From NCBI RefSeq assembly GCF_006345805.1, contig NC_043004.1, forward strand, positions 5,766,001 through 5,830,000: a stretch of 64,000 nucleotides of DNA. Reading direction: 5' to 3'. Source of the DNA: Octopus sinensis (Eukaryota). Positions 38,741 to 54,269 of the stretch are shown here, in pieces. Position 1 is the first letter of the stretch. Each line of letters opens with the position of its first letter. A program made the translations under genes and the position numbers. Below the pieces are notes generated by a model. That model did no database searches. It worked only from the letters and a program-made list of their open reading frames with translations, and was not told the DNA's origin.

Positions 38741-38913
38741 TAGATTCACTTCAACATTTAAATTTAATCTGTGTCAAAATATTTTCGTCGCTTTCAAACT
38801 GCGACCTGTTCACTGACAAAATTTCCGTGCTGCAGTGTCAGTGAACAGGTCACAGTTTGAAAGCGACGAAAATATTTTGACACAAATTAAATTTAAATGT
38901 TGAAGTGAATCTA
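38741..38913. repeat. Palindrome with 78-bp arms (2 mismatches) and a 17-nt loop; probably a Penelope-type inverted insertion
   Basis: 38741-38818 is the reverse complement of 38836-38913. Confidence 0.92.
38835..38883 (+). ncRNA. Minimal type-I hammerhead-ribozyme-like motif (variant core); mirror copy on the minus strand at 38772-38818
   Basis: GTGTCA-GTGAACA-G-GTCAC(agtttgaaa)GCGAC-GAA-AATATT-T-TGACAC gives stem I, core, stem II, GAAA, palindromic stem III, H17 and stem I'. The minus copy has a perfect GTCGC/GCGAC stem II. Confidence 0.5.
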
Positions 38914-39255
38914 ACAGGTTTTTTTTTGTATGTTTTTAAACGGCTTATAAATACCTTCCACGCTGCAATTCTTTTTGCTTCAGCACATGATCTTAGATCA
39001 AGTTACTTGCTATATCTTCTGTAAATAACTTTATATTTTTTTATTAATTGACAGAAGTAACTGAGTGACTCAAAAAGTGAGTTTTGTGCATTAGCTCATG
39101 TACCCTTGAGTCACTTTCTAACTTCTGCCAATTAATAATATATATACATATATATAAACTCTGTAATACATTCCTTGTGTATGTCCTCTTGTTGTCTGCT
39201 ATTGTTAATTTTTTTGTTCGCTTATTTGATTTGACTATGTATATATGTGTATAGT

Positions 39256-39457
39256 CCAAAAGTAGGTTTACAGTTATTCAACTCTCTCTTTTGTAGTCAT
39301 ATATTAAATTTAGATCTTTATTATAAAAAGATATGAAACCATTATTCTATGTTAATTTAGTTAATTTTAAGATAGAAATTTAAATGTAATAAAATGTTTT
39401 AAAAGAAATTTAAAGTGCCTATGTGATAACTGTAAACCTACTTTTGGGCCACCCTGT
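39256..39457. mobile_element. Tc1/mariner-type MITE
   Basis: Perfect 22-bp inverted repeats ccaaaagtaggtttacagttat at 39256-39277 and 39426-39447; right end gccaccctgt; TA-rich flanks. Confidence 0.7.
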
Positions 39458-40544
39458 GTGTATGTATACATATATATATATATATATAATTTTGTATGTA
39501 GCACAATTTTCAATTTTCAGATTTTTTAAAATATGCTAAGCCACTGGTTTTAATAGATTAATATCAATTTCTACCCTTATTTAATTTTAAATATATATAC
39601 ATATATATATACACTTGTGTTCTGAGTTCTGCTTTGCCTTTTTATATCGCCAAACATAATGTTATGGCCATTTATAAATTATTAAATTTATTTCTTGTTT
39701 TCCTTTTCTATTTGTTTATGTTTGTTTTTTGTGTTGCATTTCGTTGTATTGGATTATAATATTAATGGTGTGTTTCGTTGTTGTTTATTTTCCCAGTGAA
39801 AGCATTCGCCTCTGACACCAATTAAAGTACCTGACTCTCGGTACCATTTGTACATATGGATTGTCTTGGAGCAATTGTCTCCCCCCTCAATGAAGTGGCA
39901 GGCAGCAAGCTGAGAGGAAGTCACAGTCAAAACAGTTGAAACAGATTTTGTCAACTTTCAGATGTATTATATTTTGTCCTTGAATTTTTTTTTTTTTAAT
40001 TCTTGAAAATTGTTTTGTCACAAATTTTGACTGTTACAATAATAAGCCTCCAGTTGTAGCTGCTTTTCTTTAATGCCATAATGAGATCAGCATATTATAC
40101 TGAAATAAGCTAAATCTGAAGAATTCCTTCTGGTTCAAACACATCTAATGTTTCCCCAGGTTTTGTTCTGCTGTTTTGTCATGGAATGCTTTTGGAATTG
40201 ACAGCATTTTAAATATCACAGTTGAGATGTATTAATCTGCGGATATGTTGTTACAAGCAGGCTTGCAGTATAATCTGAGACGTCTTTCAAGAACTGCACC
40301 ACATATGCTGGTTGTCTGGGAGTTATATTTCTATGAAACTTACTGGAAATTCTTAATGTCTCTATGGTTTTGTGGTTAGCGTGTAACAGCCATTCAGCAT
40401 TAATGTTTGTAAAGTTTCTAATCAACTTCATAACCTGATGTATTTAAATATGCTAAATATGTTTTATGGAACAATGTGTGAACAGAACGTTAAATATTTG
40501 GCCTCTTCCATTATCAAGCTATAAAACAAACTTCTAAATTCCAT

Positions 40545-43830
<3,286 letters not shown>

Positions 43831-46499
43831 TAGTTGAGATTTAAAACTTCACAGCTCCATTATTCAAGTTTTATGAGAGGCTAAGAATGATCTTCAGCTA
43901 AATCAATCAAGTAACGAAGATGTGAAATTTTATATCCTAACCTGCATGCACACAAACACACACACAAATAATTTTGTACATACTTGACACTACAAATATT
44001 GACCACTCTCTACTTTGTGTAATACCATTTTAACTAAATTATATAAGTTTTTCTTGAAAGTGATTTGGGAATTCAGGCAATAATATATTCTTATATATAA
44101 CGACCGATGTTTTAGAGTTTTTTTTCCTTCCTCCTTGTATATTGAGGACCAGGTACTTCTTTTCTATTTGAGAATTCTCTAATCATCCTCTCATATTTAG
44201 GCTTTTCTTTTAAAATCTGTTTCAGAATTTCTATTTGGTATCACTTAGTGTTAGTAGGCTATGATTATTTTACTTCTTTCTGTGATTTAGACTTAGTACA
44301 CAAACTTTACAACTTCTTCAAAGGTAATTCAGTGATTGCATGTTTATTTTAACTTCCTTCTTGATATTGACAGAATCAGTATTAACAAAATATAAAAAAA
44401 AAAAAAATATTCAAGTTGAGAGGAATGTAGTGTTGATGTACCAGTTAACATTCAATATATCTTTGAAGATAAAGTGTTAGAATGAACTGGTTCAGTGAAC
44501 AGACAGAGCGGACACTAACGCATATACTAGTGGCAATCTTTGAAAATGTTATGAAACAGCTGCTATTATTAGCTGCATCTAATCAACAGCTTATAATTCA
44601 ATAATTTACTATCTTACCAAATGCCTAACAGTCAATCAGCTTAGCTGTCTCATTAACATTGGGTCAAAAATATGTCCTATTTTGATTTTTAATTATTGAT
44701 TATCAATTTTAAGATATTGCATTTTAAAGATTATCGTGATTTCATGATTGAAAATCAAAATTCATCACTTGAAATGATGAATGATTAAGTTTAATTTTGT
44801 TTTAACAGCTTGATAATCAGTGGTAAGAGAGGTACAAAGGAAAGTGATTGAATACAGACCTGTGTTTGTATCATAAATACTTCATATTTGGGTCATCTAT
44901 TAATGATGTTCTGGTGACATTGTATGTTTTTGGGCAAGTTATTTAACTCTGTTTAGCAGAAAACGAGTATCTAGCCTGCCTGGGAAAAGTTAACCTATAA
45001 TAGACTAAATATTAAGCAAGGGGAAGCTTTATCTTTCATCTACTTAAGGATATCCTGAATAATGGATAATCACCCATCCTTATGAACTGTTGGCTCAGTT
45101 GAAGAAAGGATGAACATTTAACCTCTTTGACAAATAATTTTACTGGCTTCATGAAAGGTATTTTCTTTTCAAATATTCAACTAATATTTCTATTTAAATT
45201 CTCATTTAATCTTTCCAAATGAAAGGAAAGGTGATTCAATGCTCAGAATATTTCTGATTAATTTGTTGGTTGCTGTCTTCTTTTGTCTTCTCCAATCCAA
45301 ATCCACCAAATTTGTTATTGTTATAATAATAACTAATAATTCTATTATTACCATATGTTATAAACTATTCTTTCTGAAAAGTGCTTTCTGTGTCCTTTTC
45401 TTAACTCAGCACAAAATAACTATTGCTAGAAATATATCAGAAAAGAATATTCAGAATTATTTCAGCTCCTAGAGTTTGCTAGAATTACATTCCTTCAAGT
45501 CTATTTATTTTTATCATTTTAGCCAGTGTTGCTGCTGTACAGATATTAACTTTAGTGATTCTAAATTACCCTCTTATAAATAATATTGAAATTACATTTA
45601 CACTGGTCCCCCCACTCAGTTTAATAATCTATTAACTTCTGGCCTTTCTTTGTGTGGTGTTGGTGTCCTACTGTTCTTCATTTTACATTCAAAATCTGTC
45701 TGGCCAAAGGTAAGTTTTTGTTTCTTTCTCTCAAAACAATGGATGATAATTAGGACCAGATTCTTAATTCTTTAATTATCCCCAGAACCAATTCCCTCCC
45801 CCACCTTTTTTTTTTTTCACACTTTAAAAATTGTTTTTGATTCCGACAAAGCACAAAATGTGTTGCTAAAATGAAATACTTAATAAAAATTCAATATGTA
45901 TTTTTTTTTTTTTCAATGAAAACAGAGCAAGTATATTTCAGTATCAGATGTTATTGTATAAAAAAAAAAACAAATGTCCTCTTATCGATCTGTGACGATA
46001 GTGACTTTCAATGGCTGTTAAACAGAAACAGCCAAGAAGTGACTTGAAACTTAAACCTTTTCTTCAAAAACGTCTCCAGCTAACTGGTCCGGTGACAACC
46101 CAGTCAAAGTGGAATATAGTTTGATTGACCTCATCAATTCAAACTAATCTCTGTAATTCATCAATCATTGATTTCTTCTTTTTTTTTTGAGCCTTTTTTA
46201 TTTTTTATTTACTTCCACAAGACTTTATTCATCTCTATTCATTTTCAAGATGTCTGTTTTGATTGGGTTATTATTTTCCATCCACTTGTTAATGTTGTTT
46301 GTCCATTGTGTGACCTGGTCAGACAGAATGGCTTTAACACTCTGTAGAGACTTTGCTGAGAGTAGCAGTCCCATCTTATTAAACTGTCAAATGTTGCTCT
46401 CTTACTAACAATAACTGTCATTCTTTCAATGGTCTGAGATATGTATGTCTACAACTGTGTGTGGTCTGTATGTATGTGTATGTTTGTGTGTGTGTGCAC

Positions 46500-46534
<35 letters not shown>

Positions 46535-47205
46535 TTCACTCATTCTCCCCTCCTCAGGTTTGTATAATAAAGTTTTCCAGCAAAGCAATGAATGCATCAT
46601 TATTTTTTCTCTTTGAGTTCCTTGCCGTTTATTTAGAACAGTAAAGTTCCTAAATGCAACATCAATATTTCTATATCTTTCGTCTCGTTTGCTGTGCATT
46701 GCTGCCATTTTCCTTTGTTTTGTTTTTTTTCTTATAATATTTGAGTTGTAAACAGCTATCAACAACCAGGTGAAACACTGAAGGTAATCCCAAATTAAAG
46801 ATGATGCAACTTAAAATTTGAACAAAAACAAAACTGGTTTTAACACAATTATATTATTAGATACAGCAAGTGTTTTTATAAAATTAAATGTTCTTTTTCA
46901 ATTTATGAAAAAAAAAAAAACATTTTCCCAACAATCATAGAACCTACTACAAAGGAACGTCTCATGCTGCCTTAACTTGCTAGAAATAGCAATTGAAATC
47001 TCCTTCAAATCACACCCTACCATACTAGGGAAGGAAAGAACATAACTTTAATAGATAATATATTCCAACATACCACAGACATGAGGCAATGCTTTTGATC
47101 ATAAATCTATGCTGACCAGAAGTTAAATAGTGGACACAAAGCTTGCATCTCTTTTCTAATATTAGTCCCTGCTTCTTTGAAATTGCCAGCTGTGTTAGGC
47201 TCTAT

Positions 47206-47420
47206 TTAACCTTTTTGTTACCATATTTGTTAAAATACACTACCATTGTGTTGATTAATTTTGATAATAGTGAAGAATTTCCTGAAATAACTTTGTCATT
47301 GTTAAGCTAGTGTTTGGAACATGAATATGAAATTTTGATGGAAGGTTTAAATTCAAAGAGGGAAAGTTTATTTCAGAAGATCAGGGATGGTCTCAGGAAT
47401 GTTGGTATCAAAAGGGTTAA
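47206..47420. mobile_element. piggyBac-type MITE (second family)
   Basis: ttaacctttttgttacc ... ggtatcaaaagggttaa termini with TTAA; second copy at 54759-54962. Confidence 0.75.
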
Positions 47421-47679
47421 ACTTATTTGATACTGTCATCTCTTACTCTTGTTACCTCCTTGCCTCACTTTTTCAGGCCTAAAATTACATCAGCATTTTA
47501 TGTCTGCTTTTTCTATATTAGTATGTGATGGTCAATTTTTCTAAGGCAGTGTCTTATAGCTGAATGCTTTCCCTGCCACCAATCCTTTGCCAAAATCCTT
47601 CTTTTACAACTCAGTCTCTGACCAGTTTCTTCTCCAACCATAAAAGTCCAGGCAGGATGTCAGACATAATGGTTTCAAA

Positions 47680-47870
47680 TTTTAGCACAAGGCCAGCAAT
47701 TTTAATGGAGTGATTAAGTTGATTTCATCAACCCAAGTGTTCAACTGGTACTTTATTTTATCAACCCCAAGGCAAGGTCCACTTCAGTGAAATTTGAACT
47801 CAGGGTGTAAAGGGCTGAAAAAAATGGTACTAAGCATTATGTCTGGTGTGGTAATGATACTTCTATCCCA
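47680..47870 (-). mobile_element. SINE family B
   Basis: Reverse-complement consensus match. Confidence 0.7.
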
Positions 47871-48037
47871 TTATGTAATCAGAATTAATGACATCTAAAG
47901 GCCACCACTACTTCCTCTCCAGCTAAACGAAAAAGAAAAAAAAATGGCTTCACTGCTATATTGGAAGGGATTTTTCAGAACTCTTCAGGGGCAAGTTGAT
48001 AAAAACATAACACAAACAAGAATTTTGCAGAAACAAT

Positions 48038-48043
48038 TTTTAT
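48038..48043 (-). terminator. Probable polyadenylation signal of the Sp gene
   Basis: AATAAA on the minus strand followed by a GU/U-rich tract (ttcttgtttgtgttatgtttt); implies a 3' UTR of about 1.9 kb. Confidence 0.45.
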
Positions 48044-49897
48044 TTTGATGGTTGTGTTGGTGTCCAATGCAGGTATGTACACTTTATACAATAAACCAGT
48101 TAGGAGGAGGAAAGGGAGGGAGAGAATAGAAACGTAATGACCACAGAGGCTTCAACAACTTTCATCAAACCTCTCAGCTGATTACAAATGTAAGGTTGGG
48201 ATCAAACAACTTCAGACTAAAGGGACATCCTATTCCCCACTTAATCCCTCGTTAATAATTCCTTCACTAAATGAATTTAATGCTGACTGAATTGCTGCTA
48301 TCAGTTATGGGTGAAGCTTATACAAAAATACATATTTGCCTCAATGTGATTTACACAGTATTTATTTATATATATATGTGTGTATATATATATATCAGCC
48401 ATGCTTTTTAGAGACAATCTCAACTTTGAAAGTAAAACATCTTGGCAGGGAGATCAAGCCCTGGCTCAATTTCATTCAGGCATATTCTAAATTTGATTTC
48501 TGATGCTTTTGTTTATTCTAGTATTTTCATATAATTTAATAGCTAGCACAGTGATCCACTAGATTTCTGACATATGCCTGTTGGGTCATAAGCTCATAAA
48601 CTTTATCAAAAACTTCATGTTCAACTCACCCAACCCACACTACCCCACCCCTGTTGTTTCCTCGTTTAAATCAAATTAATTGTAAATTAAATGCCGACCA
48701 CATTCTGATAAGCTATGATGAAACTTATACAAAAATACATGTTTGTATTGGTGAGATACACACAGCACTCTTTCTAGAACATTCCAAATCTCGAAAGTAA
48801 ACTTCTTGGCAGGAAGATCAACTGTTACCAATCTCAGTACTAAATGGGAAAACACAGCTTTTAAAACCATAAGTAATTTCAAAATTAATTTAGTAATGCT
48901 ACATTCTACCATGTATGATCCTGCAACTTTTAGGAATAGCATCAAAACAAAGTCAATAGCTGGCAGTGAGCTGAAATATTTGATTCTGTACAACAACATG
49001 AGCTGAGGAGTTAAGTTTACATCAGAAAATAAATCTAGTTTTTTGGAGGTTTTCTTTTTTTTTGTTCATTGAAACAACAGAATCCATGAATGCATAACAG
49101 AAAAGATTACAATTCTTATATAATTTGTACCAATTTTATGTAGAATTGCTTTAAGACTGGCACAATAAACTACAAACACTTAAAGAATTTTGCTCACATT
49201 TAGATACAGCTTCCAAAGTTGTATGTCACAAGATAAGAGAATGAAGTTTAGTTGTCTTGAAAAGAAAGAAGAAAAAAAAAACAAGGAGGGAGGGGTGAAT
49301 ATTTTGAAACACTGACAAAAAGATTCATAACATATATTGAAGTGAATGAATAATAGCTGTCAGCAGACACAGCACACCAATATAACAGATTTAATGTTGG
49401 GAGGGTTGCCTAAGGAGCATTTATAGTGGTTCAAGTGCTGACGTTATAGCAAATGGCATGGAGGCAGGACAATAGGAATCAAGGGACTAAACACACATTA
49501 AGACAACACACTTTGCCACTCTCCATTACACATATATTTATATATTAATATACAAATCTATATTCATATATATATATATATATTTATTTTTTTTTGTTTA
49601 TTCAGTTTTCTTTCCCCATTTCAATAGCTTTGTCCATGGGATAAAAATAATTCCAATTAAAATATAGTGATTTTTTTTTATGGATTTTCTTTACTTTCAA
49701 TTTTCTTTTTTAGTTTTTGTCTTTTTTTTTTTTCTTTGAGTGCTGGAATGAATTTTTAACTAAAAGAGAACATTACAGCTATACTCACACCATTTATTTT
49801 GGGGAAGAAAAAAAAAACGAGTGTAATAAGCTGCAGTTAAATTTCACTCTTGAATGATACATTGGGGAGGAGGAGGAGGAAGAGAGAATAAAATTTA

Positions 49898-50019
49898 TCA
49901 ACCTTGTCCAGGTAAAGATTGAGACACATCTACAACTGACGGAGATGATACACTAAAGTTAGATGGAGAGTCCTCATCCATAGTGACTACACCACTGTTA
50001 TCTGCCACACCTTCATCAT
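49898..50019 (-). CDS. Sp1-4: Sp1-4 terminal exon (DDEGVADNSG...SLPGQG*)
   Basis: tttttgcag acceptor; phase 1 matches the previous exon; TGA at 49900-49898. Confidence 0.8.
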
Positions 50020-50191
50020 CTGCAAAAAATAACCAGTGTTAAGCACAGTTAGTAAATCCATATAACTACTTTTATTAATAAAATTGCTTCTAGAGTAAAT
50101 ATTCAAAGCAACATGCCACTACTACTACTACTACAGGATAAATCAAAACCTTTTGTTTAAACTAGAGAGGAAAAACAAGACAAAAACTTAC

Positions 50192-50320
50192 CTGGGTTTC
50201 CCATTATTGTTTGGGCAACCTGGGGAACTCGTTTGTTTTGATGAGTCTTCAAATGTTTGCTTAAATGATCGCTTCGCATGAAGCGTTTGTTACATTCTTG
50301 ACAGACAAAACGTTTTTCTC
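50192..50320 (-). CDS. Sp1-4: Sp1-4 zinc finger 3 exon ([29 protein letters not shown])
   Basis: Canonical Sp ZF3; tttag acceptor and G|gtaag donor. Confidence 0.96.
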
Positions 50321-50409
50321 CTAAACAGAGATGGAAAAAAAATTTGTTGAAAACTTGAAAAAAAACAAAACTTGAATTTTGTCAGTTCAGTTAAACTGTT
50401 AGTCTAATA

Positions 50410-50870
50410 ATTTGATTTCAAATTTTGGCACAAAGCCAGCAATTTCGGTGAAGTGGGGAAGTCGATTACATCAACCCCAATACTAAACTGGTACTTATTT
50501 TATCAACCCCCAAAGAAATGAAAGGTAAAGTCAACCATAGCAGGATTTGAACTCAGAACATAGAGAGAGACAAAATGTTGTTAAGCATTTTGTGCATGTT
50601 AACGGTCCTATTAGTTCACTATTAGTTGAATTATTTAAGAATAAAAATAATTTTGCTGTAAACCTAAAATAATTGTTTCTAGTTTTAGGCACAATGCCAG
50701 CAATAAGTGGGCAGGAGAAGTTCATCGATCCCCCAGGACTTGACATATCAACCCTGGAGGGATGAAAGGTAAAGCTGACCTTCACAGCATTGGAACTCAA
50801 TGTTCTGAACCAAAAGAAATACCACAAGGCATTTTGTCTGTCTCCTCAATGAATCTGCCAATTCACCAAG
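50410..50870 (-). mobile_element. Two tandem SINE family B copies
   Basis: Consensus match at about 50410-50620 and about 50680-50870. Confidence 0.75.
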
Positions 50871-50899
50871 CAAACTGTTCCATTTATGGTAATATAAAA

Positions 50900-51080
50900 G
50901 ACATAAGGTGGCAAGCTGGACAAAATGCTTAGTGGTACTTTGCCTATTGCAACGTTCTGAGTTCAAATTCCACTGAGGTTGACTTTACCTTTCATCCTTT
51001 CGGGGTCGATTAAATAAGTACCATTTATGCACTTAATGATTTCCCCAAAATTTGTGGCCTTGTGCTTTCAGCAGAAAGGA
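50900..51080 (+). mobile_element. SINE family B
   Basis: aaggtggcaagctgg...gagttcaaattccactgaggttgactttacctttcatcctttcggggtcga. Confidence 0.8.
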
Positions 51081-51099
51081 TTATTATAAAAGACATAGT

Positions 51100-51400
51100 G
51101 AAGACGTGTGGCCTAGTGTCACAATGTTGCATTTACAATCATAAGATTGTAGTTTCGATTCTTAGAAGTATTGTATTGTGTCCTTGAGTAGAACATTTTA
51201 TTTCATGTTGCTCTGCGATCACTGACATGTAGCACACTGTACACCTGTACAAACAATGTTGATTTGATGGAAGGAGTGAGCTAATGAATGGCAAAAACAT
51301 TTTGATCACTATAAATGAATAATCTGTGCAGGTTGTTGAGCAAACATTTGTGGAAGCCTCGTCTGTGATTTATGACAGGAGAATCCACAATTATAAAAGA
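51100..51400 (+). mobile_element. tRNA-derived SINE family F (also about 14370, 22120, 26355)
   Basis: gtggcctagtg...tcataagattgtagtttcgattc...ttgtgtccttgag head recurs. Confidence 0.55.
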
Positions 51401-51866
51401 CAAGAGCCTTGATATATTCAGTTATGTTATGAGTTCAAGTCTTGGCAGAAATAATCTTACCTTTTGTCTATCTAAGACTGATAAAATAAAGTTCAATGGG
51501 TCATTTTGACTGACCATACACTCCACCAAAATTTGTGGACTTGCACCAATGTTTCCACAACAGCACAAATCCACAATATATTGTTTTGGTTAAGCTAAAA
51601 TTCAATGACCAATGCATGTTTACAATCAAAAGTGAAATATACATACATTAAAAGGTATATATAAAGAAATTACAAATGCTTCTCCTATCTTAATTCTCTT
51701 CCTCATGTACTCTATACATACGTTCTCATCATGTACTCTTTATATCTCTGTTATACTTTGCAAACAAAAATCTAAGCACGATTTTAAGATAACATCATGT
51801 ACTTTAAAAACATTTGGTAATATTTTAAACAGAAGCAGTAACCTTATGTAGTTAGGGTTTAATTAC

Positions 51867-51967
51867 CTGTGTGAGTTCTGCGATGCCTCTGTAATTCATC
51901 AGAGCGTGTGAAGCGTTTGCCACAAAACAGCCAGTTACATATGAAAGGCCTCTCTCCAGTATGCCAT
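51867..51967 (-). CDS. Sp1-4: Sp1-4 zinc finger 2 exon ([33 protein letters not shown])
   Basis: Canonical Sp ZF2 with HRRTH, as in Sp3/Sp4; cttag acceptor and G|gtaatt donor. Confidence 0.97.
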
Positions 51968-53381
51968 CTAAGAAAGCAAAAGAATATGACAGGATCAAAA
52001 TGAGCGGACAATTTTTGAAGAAAAAAAATATCCTCATTAACTGAAATCCAATAAAAAGAAAAAAAAACATTGGAATTATGCATTTCAATAAATTGATATG
52101 AGGTCCCAACCCACTGCCACAAGTACATTCACTGTTCACATCCTGTGCATTATTCTATGTGCTATTCATGCCCTTTTGGCTACTTTTTCTGATGAGTTGA
52201 AGTGCATCTGAGCACTGTATACAGTGCTCATCATCATCATTATTATTTAGATATGTTCTACAAGCTAAGTTTTAGGTGAAGATACTGGACAATATAATTT
52301 CAGTGTTAATAGTACAGCCATTGTGCTGTATTCCTGAGAAAAGCAGACAGGTGGTCAGCTGCCCTAGTTTGCATAATTAATAGAAAAAAGTCATATGCAC
52401 GCTCTTTACTAAAAGCAAAAAATTGCTTCCAGCTATAGAAACAACTGCTAAACGTCCCCTCTCCAATATTAAAGAAGCCAAGTGTCAACCACTTAACTGA
52501 AGAGTTATGATTTCAAATTGAACCAGTGACAAAGTGTTGTGTCCTGGATAAAGCAGAAAATACTCTGAAACCAATGTATCCAAGCATAGATCAGCCACAG
52601 TAAGATGTAGGAAATAAAGTCTTAAAGTGCAAAACTAGCTGGAAAGGAACAAAATGGTTTCTTTACATTTCCATACTTACAGCAGTTCTGTGATATAATA
52701 GTTGCAACATACCAGAATTCGTGCTTCTTTATCAAGCAACAAAAGTTTATTAAATTAAGCCTTAATACTTACCACTGCCTTCTAAAACACAATTTCCTGT
52801 TTCATGAGAAAAATTCAGCAAATTCATTTAATTCCATAATAAAACCAAATCACCAGACTCTTCACTGCACATCGTTTAAACTCAACTTACAATAAGCTAT
52901 TAACGGTATCTTTAAAGTGTATATTTACAATATTTTCATCTACACTATGTTTCAAACAATTTGATCTCTGAGAATCATTTAGGTGTCTTGATTTTGGATA
53001 TCAATCGGGTCTTGAGACTACATTGAACCACAGGACAATTAATTTCAACATTAAGGGAAGTAATGCTACTACACAATGAAGAACATTTATGACAAATAGA
53101 TCTAGAGAGAGAGATCAAGCTAATCTAACTGTAGAGTAATTATAATGTAAATATTGTAAAATATACCCTGTAAAGTTATGGTTAATAATTCAGGTGAATT
53201 ATAATATTTATCAATTCATCCCATAATGAACAACTGTTGAAATGATATACACTGTCAATACACTTCTTACAGATTGATCCAACTCTAAGAAACACTCAAA
53301 CTACTAATAGCTATCAATAGACATCACACAACAATTATTAAATCAATCCTGTTTAATGCATATAATACTATTGTGACTTAC

Positions 53382-53471
53382 CTTAGATGTGCTCTTAAAT
53401 GTGAAGTTTTACCATAGACTTTATTACATCCAGGGATGTGACATGTATGTTGCTTCTTTTTCTCACTATTT
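53382..53471 (-). CDS. Sp1-4: Sp1-4 zinc finger 1 exon (NSEKKKQHTCHIPGCNKVYGKTSHLRAHL)
   Basis: Translated by hand (absent from the ORF track); tttcag acceptor, AG|gtaagt donor, phases 2 to 2. Confidence 0.96.
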
Positions 53472-53583
53472 CTGAAATAATAAAAGGAAAATTCCTTAAA
53501 GTTAACTGTTTTCAATAGAAACACAAGTTTTTGTCAATTTATATTTGATCATTGTTGAATTATTAAAGGGGATTTATCTTAAA

Positions 53584-53906
53584 CAAGAACACTCAGAGAG
53601 TGCAAACTTCCGCCAAGGCAACACCAATGTCCTCTCAATGATTAGCTAGAGGTGATTTTTAAAATGAGAATATCTTAAATAAACTCGACTGCTCTCACAA
53701 ACAAGAATACTAAAAATGAACGTGACTGCTCTCAAAAATTAAGTAAAAAAAACACAAAAAAATAATCCAGAATCCTTGTCCGGTACCAGATCGATCCTAA
53801 AATCTAATCAGTTCATCCATTAGTTCTTGAGATATCTTGTCCACGGACAAACAAACAAACACGACTGAAAACACTACCTCCATCTTCGCTACAGCAGAGG
53901 TAATAA
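53584..53906 (-). mobile_element. Helentron/DINE-1-like element, second copy with an internal deletion
   Basis: Reverse complement of 18114-18480; retains the terminal hairpin gcactc-tct-gagtg. Confidence 0.7.
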
Positions 53907-54269
53907 TTTGTGTTGCTATTGTGATTTGTTTTTTTGTATGATTTATGACACTACAGAAATGTAAAACTGAAATTTCAAGAAGGAGCAAGATGAAAGAAAC
54001 AAATTGAATACTATCAAATCTAAAGTGTATGTGAGATAAGTAAGTAGAAAAGAACCAAAAACATTAGCTACTAGATTAGAAGAGACAATCACCACCATCA
54101 TTGTTTTAATATCTACATATCCATGTTTACATGTAGCTAGCCCTCACCTGTTACTCAGGTAAGGTAATATTTCCCCATGATTGGACCTCTTAACCGCAAA
54201 GCCATACCCACACCTGAACTCTTCATTCATAATCAATTATTGAATAAAATCAGAAAACAATAAATGTTC

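Noticed and set aside
46418-46765. 115-aa minus-strand ORF
   Set aside because: The C-terminal third is microsatellite, there are no clear splice signals, and no recognisable domain
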